From Chrysochromulina tobinii (lineage: Eukaryota): DNA of 58,270 bases. The position numbers and the translations under genes were made by a program. Location: the NCBI GenBank assembly GCA_001275005.1, contig JWZX01003393.1, positions 1-58,270 on the forward strand. Direction: 5' to 3'. Under the pieces are notes generated by a model. The model did not search any database and had not been told where the DNA came from. It was given only the letters and a program-made list of their open reading frames with translations. This document shows positions 55,071 to 58,270 of this stretch, piece after piece. Every line of letters begins with the position of its first letter. Positions within the stretch are counted from its first letter, which is position 1.

Positions 55071-55579
55071 CAAAATAGAGGCCAGCACACTCCTCACGCT
55101 CTTCGCAAGCACGTTGCGCCGTGCGGCTGTCGATGCACTGCCACAGGCTCCTGTTCGGAAGGAGCTCTGGGCCATGGCATTCCTTTCTGGGCCTGCTGGT
55201 GGTTGCCGCACAACCGGGCGGTTCGTACTTGTGCCAGTGCATCCCCGATGACATCGCCGAGGGCACGAGCTGCGCCACGCGCCCGCCCGCGCGCAGCTCG
55301 ACGCCGTGGGTCGCGCAGCTCGCGCGCGAAGCTCGACGCTCGTGCGCGCCCGGGCGTTCGTCATTGAACTTCCGTGTGAACGAGCGCGCGCGAACACGGA
55401 AATATCAATTGAACCACAGGACCTCGTACATCCAAACAGTCCTAATACACGCAATCGTTAGGGGCCCCGTGGCGTCTCGTGCATGCGAAGTGTTGCACGA
55501 GCGGACGTGTTTCACAGCAGCACGAGCAGCGGAGGTGTCATCACGCTCAAAAGTTGGACTCGCACGCACAAAGTTATTG

Positions 55580-56680
55580 ATGGCTGACGAGCTCTTCCAA
55601 CCGGAGAGCCCACCATCCGCGCGACCCGACAGCCCGCCACCAGCTCCATTTGCGCTGCTCGGCCTCGATCGTCAAAGCGGCATGAGGCGGTCACCATCCG
55701 GACGCCGCCTCTCGAGAGCGCCGCTGGGAGAGGGCCACTTGTTGCCGCCTCGCGTGACATTCGGTGCGCTCGAGTGGTACGAGCGCCTGCATCGCATGGT
55801 CGGAGAAGCGCTCTCTGACCACGGCTCCGTGCATCATCACGAGGACGACGAACCGCCCACGCCCTTTTTGGGGCTTGACATCCTCATCGACGTCGGTGCC
55901 TCATTGTGGCAAGGGTGGCTGGCCGCAACCAAGGAGGTCGCGGCCGCGGCAGCCGACGCGGCCGAGGACCCGAGCATGCGCATCGACCACGCGGCGCACA
56001 GGTACCCGTGCTGCCTCGTGTGGACGCCCATCCATCCACTCACTTGGGTCGCACCGTATGTGGGCCACGTCGGGCTAGGCGACCGCGACGGCATCATCCA
56101 CGATTTTGCGGGGCGGCACGTCGGGCGAGACGCGATGGCCTTTGGCTGGCCCGCGCGCTACCTGCAGCTCGACCCTGCGCGAGCCTCGCGCAGCGCAGGA
56201 GCCCCACTCGACTGGGCAGCCGAGGTGAGCCACGCAGCTGATGCGTTCGAGAAGGTTGAGTATGGCTTGCTGACGTGGAACTGCCACTCATTCCTCGCGG
56301 GCTTCCTCAATGCGATCGAGCACACGCCCGAGGGCCAGCCGGGCTCGTTTGGGCTGTTGCGCACTTGGACCGTGGCGGGCGTCGGGCTGCGCCTCTTCCT
56401 GCACGCGCACTACGTTCACGGGCGGCGGGCGGGATGGATGCAACAGTGGGGAGGCACGGCTGTCGTGACCTGGTGCGTGCTTTGGCTCGGGGTGTGGCAC
56501 GGTGTCTGGGACCTTGCCAAGCTGTGGCTGCTCCTGCTGGTGTCGGTCAACGGCTTCTTCGTCGCGTGGTTTGGCGCCCTGGCCTTTCTGCGACTGGACT
56601 CGCAGCGGGGCTTCGTGCACGAGGACGCTGATCGGCGCGACTCGGACTCCGACGACGACATGCTGCGAACAGGCCTGTAG
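55580..56680 (+). CDS. TMEM222/RTE1-like (DUF778) membrane protein
   Basis: RYPCCLVWTPI..LTW..P.VGH.G.....G.I.DFAG, FG.P.RY.QLDP, NCHSF.A..LN; C-terminal TMs. Confidence 0.9.
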   Translation: MADELFQPESPPSARPDSPPPAPFALLGLDRQSGMRRSPSGRRLSRAPLGEGHLLPPRVTFGALEWYERLHRMVGEALSDHGSVHHHEDDEPPTPFLGLDILIDVGASLWQGWLAATKEVAAAAADAAEDPSMRIDHAAHRYPCCLVWTPIHPLTWVAPYVGHVGLGDRDGIIHDFAGRHVGRDAMAFGWPARYLQLDPARASRSAGAPLDWAAEVSHAADAFEKVEYGLLTWNCHSFLAGFLNAIEHTPEGQPGSFGLLRTWTVAGVGLRLFLHAHYVHGRRAGWMQQWGGTAVVTWCVLWLGVWHGVWDLAKLWLLLLVSVNGFFVAWFGALAFLRLDSQRGFVHEDADRRDSDSDDDMLRTGL

Positions 56681-56727
56681 AGCCACGCAAGCCTGCAGAG
56701 CCACGCAAGCCTGTAGAGCCACGCAAA
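56673..56727. repeat. 18-bp tandem repeat overlapping the stop codon
   Basis: gcctgYagagccacgcaa x3. Confidence 0.85.
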
Positions 56728-57293
56728 CCTGGGGGCGGAGCAGTGTTCGGTTTGCGTCGACCTGCCGTCTGCACCTAGAGCGGCCGGACGGGACAGGGGC
56801 CGGGCCGTTGGGATGATCATCTCCTCGATCCTCGAATGTTCCTGAATTTACTCAGTATTCCGACGAACAGTACATACGGTAGGACGATGCATCCCGGATC
56901 GATGCAGGCATGCAGCACAATCGGTACACGGTAGATTAAAGCAGTCAATTGAAAGCAGTACATGTATCCGTACCGCAAAAGACGGCGGCGACGTACCCGA
57001 AAGTCTTTTGCCCATGCAAGGGGGTAGGGGAGTACATTGTATCCGCAGTCCTCACAGTCACACTCTGATTTCAAACTGAGTGAACTGCATGCATCCTCAT
57101 CTTCTACACAAAACCTGTCTTTTCGCTATGTCTTTTCATCCCAGTGATGAAATTTGCATCACTGACTTAACCGCTGATTCCAGTGATATTCGCGGCGGAG
57201 CGGACTCGCAGCCGTTGACTCCCAGAGACAGGCCCCGAAGGTGCCCGAGGCGACAGCAAACCAGTACATATTCCCGGCGACCCGGTCAATCAA

Positions 57294-58270
57294 ATGGCGG
57301 ACATGGACGGTGTGCCTTTGCGGTGGGTGCAGTGCTTTGACATCGCACTTGTGCTGCTCAGGCTTGAGTCGCTCGTCTTTGCGGTTTGCTCGACGCGGAA
57401 CAAGTGCTTCGCCTTGGCCTTGCTCGCGATCTTCGTCCCGCGCGTGCGTGCCATGGCGACGACGGCACCAGCCGATGGCGTTGGGACTGGTGCGCATCGG
57501 GCAGAGTCGGCGCGGACGCCGCCGTTGCGGCATCGGGCAGAGTCGGCAGCGGCGCTCGTCAACGGCCGCCTGCACAGTTGTGCGACGCTTCCACTCGTGG
57601 TAAGTCTCTCACAAGCCCGACCTCTATCCTACACTTCACGTGCTACGAGCGCACTCCTCCTGCTGCTCTTTGCGCTTCCCGTAAGTCGCGGCTCCAAGCT
57701 CCCCGTCGAGGAGCCCAATCCTGGGGAGCGGAGGAGCGCTCGTCATCAGCATACGCCGGGCGCGCTGGATTCCACTTGGAAGATTATCACTGTCCCAAGC
57801 TGGCTGATGCAGCACATGCTCGATGCTGGAGAGCTGGTGTCAAAGGGAGGTCCTATGATGGCGCCGGACTTGTCTGCGGTACATCGAAGTGGAGACGAGC
57901 AGTTGTCCCACCTCTCAGTTGACCTCAAGCTCTTCAAGGAGCTCCTCGAGGGAAAGAAGGGGGTCGAGCAACCCATCGCTTACGTTGAGGCGGATGTTCT
58001 CGACGACGTCGGGGAGCACGTTGGGAGGCGCCTCGAGCGCCGCAGGCTCTGTTGCATCGGTTTGGGGGGGTGCGCCGGCACCTGCACAAGCGGAAGTTGT
58101 TTATGCACTTGCGCAAGTCATTGCCACCACCCGCATCACCCGCACCACCCGCACCACCCGCATACCCCGCACACTCACCACCCTCCTCCGCCATCGCCGC
58201 CGCCACCTATGCCGCCACCGCCCTCGCCGCCGCCGCCCTTCCCACCGCCATCGCCGCCGCCCTCTCCCCC
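57294..58270 (+). CDS. 3'-partial secreted Cys-rich / His-Pro / SPPPP (extensin-like) protein, absent from the ORF track; start uncertain
   Basis: Frame open to window end: ...SALLLLLFALPVSRG...GRRLERRRLCCIGLGGCAGTCTSGSCLCTCASHCHHPHHPHHPHHPHTPHTHHPPPPSPPPP... Confidence 0.7.
   Translation, partial: MADMDGVPLRWVQCFDIALVLLRLESLVFAVCSTRNKCFALALLAIFVPRVRAMATTAPADGVGTGAHRAESARTPPLRHRAESAAALVNGRLHSCATLPLVVSLSQARPLSYTSRATSALLLLLFALPVSRGSKLPVEEPNPGERRSARHQHTPGALDSTWKIITVPSWLMQHMLDAGELVSKGGPMMAPDLSAVHRSGDEQLSHLSVDLKLFKELLEGKKGVEQPIAYVEADVLDDVGEHVGRRLERRRLCCIGLGGCAGTCTSGSCLCTCASHCHHPHHPHHPHHPHTPHTHHPPPPSPPPPMPPPPSPPPPFPPPSPPPSP

Noticed and set aside
1..58270. tRNA/rRNA genes
   Set aside because: No cloverleaf or rRNA-like conserved segments recognised by eye; a tRNAscan-SE/Infernal run would be needed to exclude them

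Overview
GC-rich eukaryotic nuclear DNA with many short spliceosomal introns. Repeat-filled introns, GC-AG donors and an ASAF-type plastid presequence suggest a haptophyte alga, Chrysochromulina/Prymnesium-like (inference). The first ~5.3 kb is the 3' part of a tyrosine-recombinase (DIRS/Ngaro/PAT-type) mobile element: a >1470-aa ORF open from the window start, followed by 177-bp split direct repeats. The rest holds ~25 host genes: Tctex dynein light chain, EF-hand Ca2+ exchanger, NF-YC-like, NAPRT, FKBP, MsrB-like, FkbM methyltransferase, choline transporter-like, QueC-like, SRPBCC-3betaHSD fusion, plastid L12, a giant RCC1/EGF surface protein, cathepsin Z, FAAH-like amidase, 2OG-Fe oxygenase-TPR, TMEM222/RTE1 and others. 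Four things stand out. (1) A spliced gene fuses a Popeye/cNMP-binding membrane domain to three peptidoglycan-binding domains. (2) An intronless QueC homolog sits in a eukaryote. (3) The YR element has a twice-repeated RGxHNxxMxGDMP motif between protein modules and a structured, hammerhead-like motif cluster in its repeats. (4) Many introns duplicate their flanking exon ends and share introner-like 3' modules. All calls come from reading the sequence; no searches were run.
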